From Enoplolaimus lenunculus (taxonomy: Eukaryota): a stretch of 64,000 nucleotides of DNA. The position numbers and the translations under genes were made by a program. Shown piece by piece: positions 63,173-64,000 of this stretch (positions within the stretch are counted from its first letter, which is position 1; each line of letters opens with the position of its first letter). A model generated the notes under the pieces. It did not search any database and had not been told where the DNA came from. It worked only from the letters and a program-made list of their open reading frames with translations. The DNA is taken from assembly GCA_030248215.1 (NCBI GenBank), contig JASANG010001107.1, positions 372,001-436,000 on the forward strand, read 5' to 3'.

Positions 63173-64000
63173 GCTACACGGATATCTGTTTTCTGCCTAA
63201 TATCAAACCGAAATCGGATATCTAGTCATACCGTGCTTGAGAGTTACATTGCAGGATGATTATTTAGAATCATCCGTGTTAGAATGATTCAGGGACGGGC
63301 GGTCTCGGCAAGTCTCGGGACTTGACTGGTCTCGGCAATTCTCGGGACTTGACTGGTCTCGGTCTCTTTTTTCAGTCTGTGGTTTGCAAACCGAAATAAA
63401 AGAGGTGATAAAACTGGCTATACAGCGATTTGAGAAACAGAATCACCCCTCCGGTTACCCAAAATTCTGTTTTTTGAATGGAAACCCAAAACACTTTCAT
63501 TTTATTGTGACAATTGTATGAAACGGCAGTTCAGAGCAGATAAAAATGTTCAAAACTTTTGTTAAAAATCATTTTTATTTTCGGTAACGGTTAAAAATGA
63601 ATCGCGACCGAGACCAAAAGTCTCGGTCTTGATAGCTTGGGTCTCTGTCTTGCTTTTTTGACCGAGATCGCTCATCCGTGTGTTAGATTACTTTCATCAT
63701 AGAACTGGTGTAAGATTTGTTCTGGATTCGGCTTATTCAAAGCCGAATTCGATTCCGAATCTTCAGTTCTTGCCGAATCTGAACTTTTGTTGCCAAAGTC
63801 TTTCAACGCAAGTAAACACAAAACACATTTCTCGACTCTACTTGAATTATTTTTGCCCTTCGACGAATTTCTACGGAATCAATAAGGAATCATGCATAAA
63901 AGATTAACATGACGTTTTCGAAGCACAAATGCAAATAAACATGTTTGAAATAGTCCAGGCAAACTACTGTCAAGAATGGGAATCTCTTTCAATCTAGCGC

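Noticed and set aside
1..64000. rRNA, spliced-leader RNA or snRNA genes
   Set aside because: No recognisable motifs found by eye. An Rfam scan would be needed to exclude them.

Overview
AT-rich, intron-rich metazoan genomic DNA, probably a nematode. This is an inference from the UNC-18 C-terminus [14 protein letters not shown] acceptors and TTAGGC-like repeats. Four spliced genes were reconstructed by hand. (1) The 3' half of unc-18/STXBP1 (+, 774-5308). (2) A complete Vps55/LEPROT (endospanin) gene (-, 21430-25548) with two homologous alternative last exons. (3) A ~2,394-aa SAP130-like gene (-, 33372-50725). (4) The 5' part of FARSA (+, from 58641). Introns and intergenic space are packed with transposons: hAT MITEs with 8-bp TSDs, often nested; a non-autonomous Ginger1-like element (TGT..ACA ends, CCGG TSD); a young 5'-truncated RNase H-bearing LINE with a 14-bp TSD; Sola-type, piggyBac and CR1-like relics; a tRNA-derived SINE head; and a tail-to-tail pair of Helentron-associated elements forming a large quasi-palindrome. 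The most interesting signal is the LEPROT locus. It has duplicated terminal exons, a long intronic inverted repeat next to the distal acceptor, a (GTT)n tract at the shared donor, and a phase-compatible candidate alternative exon 2. All calls are by eye and no searches were run.
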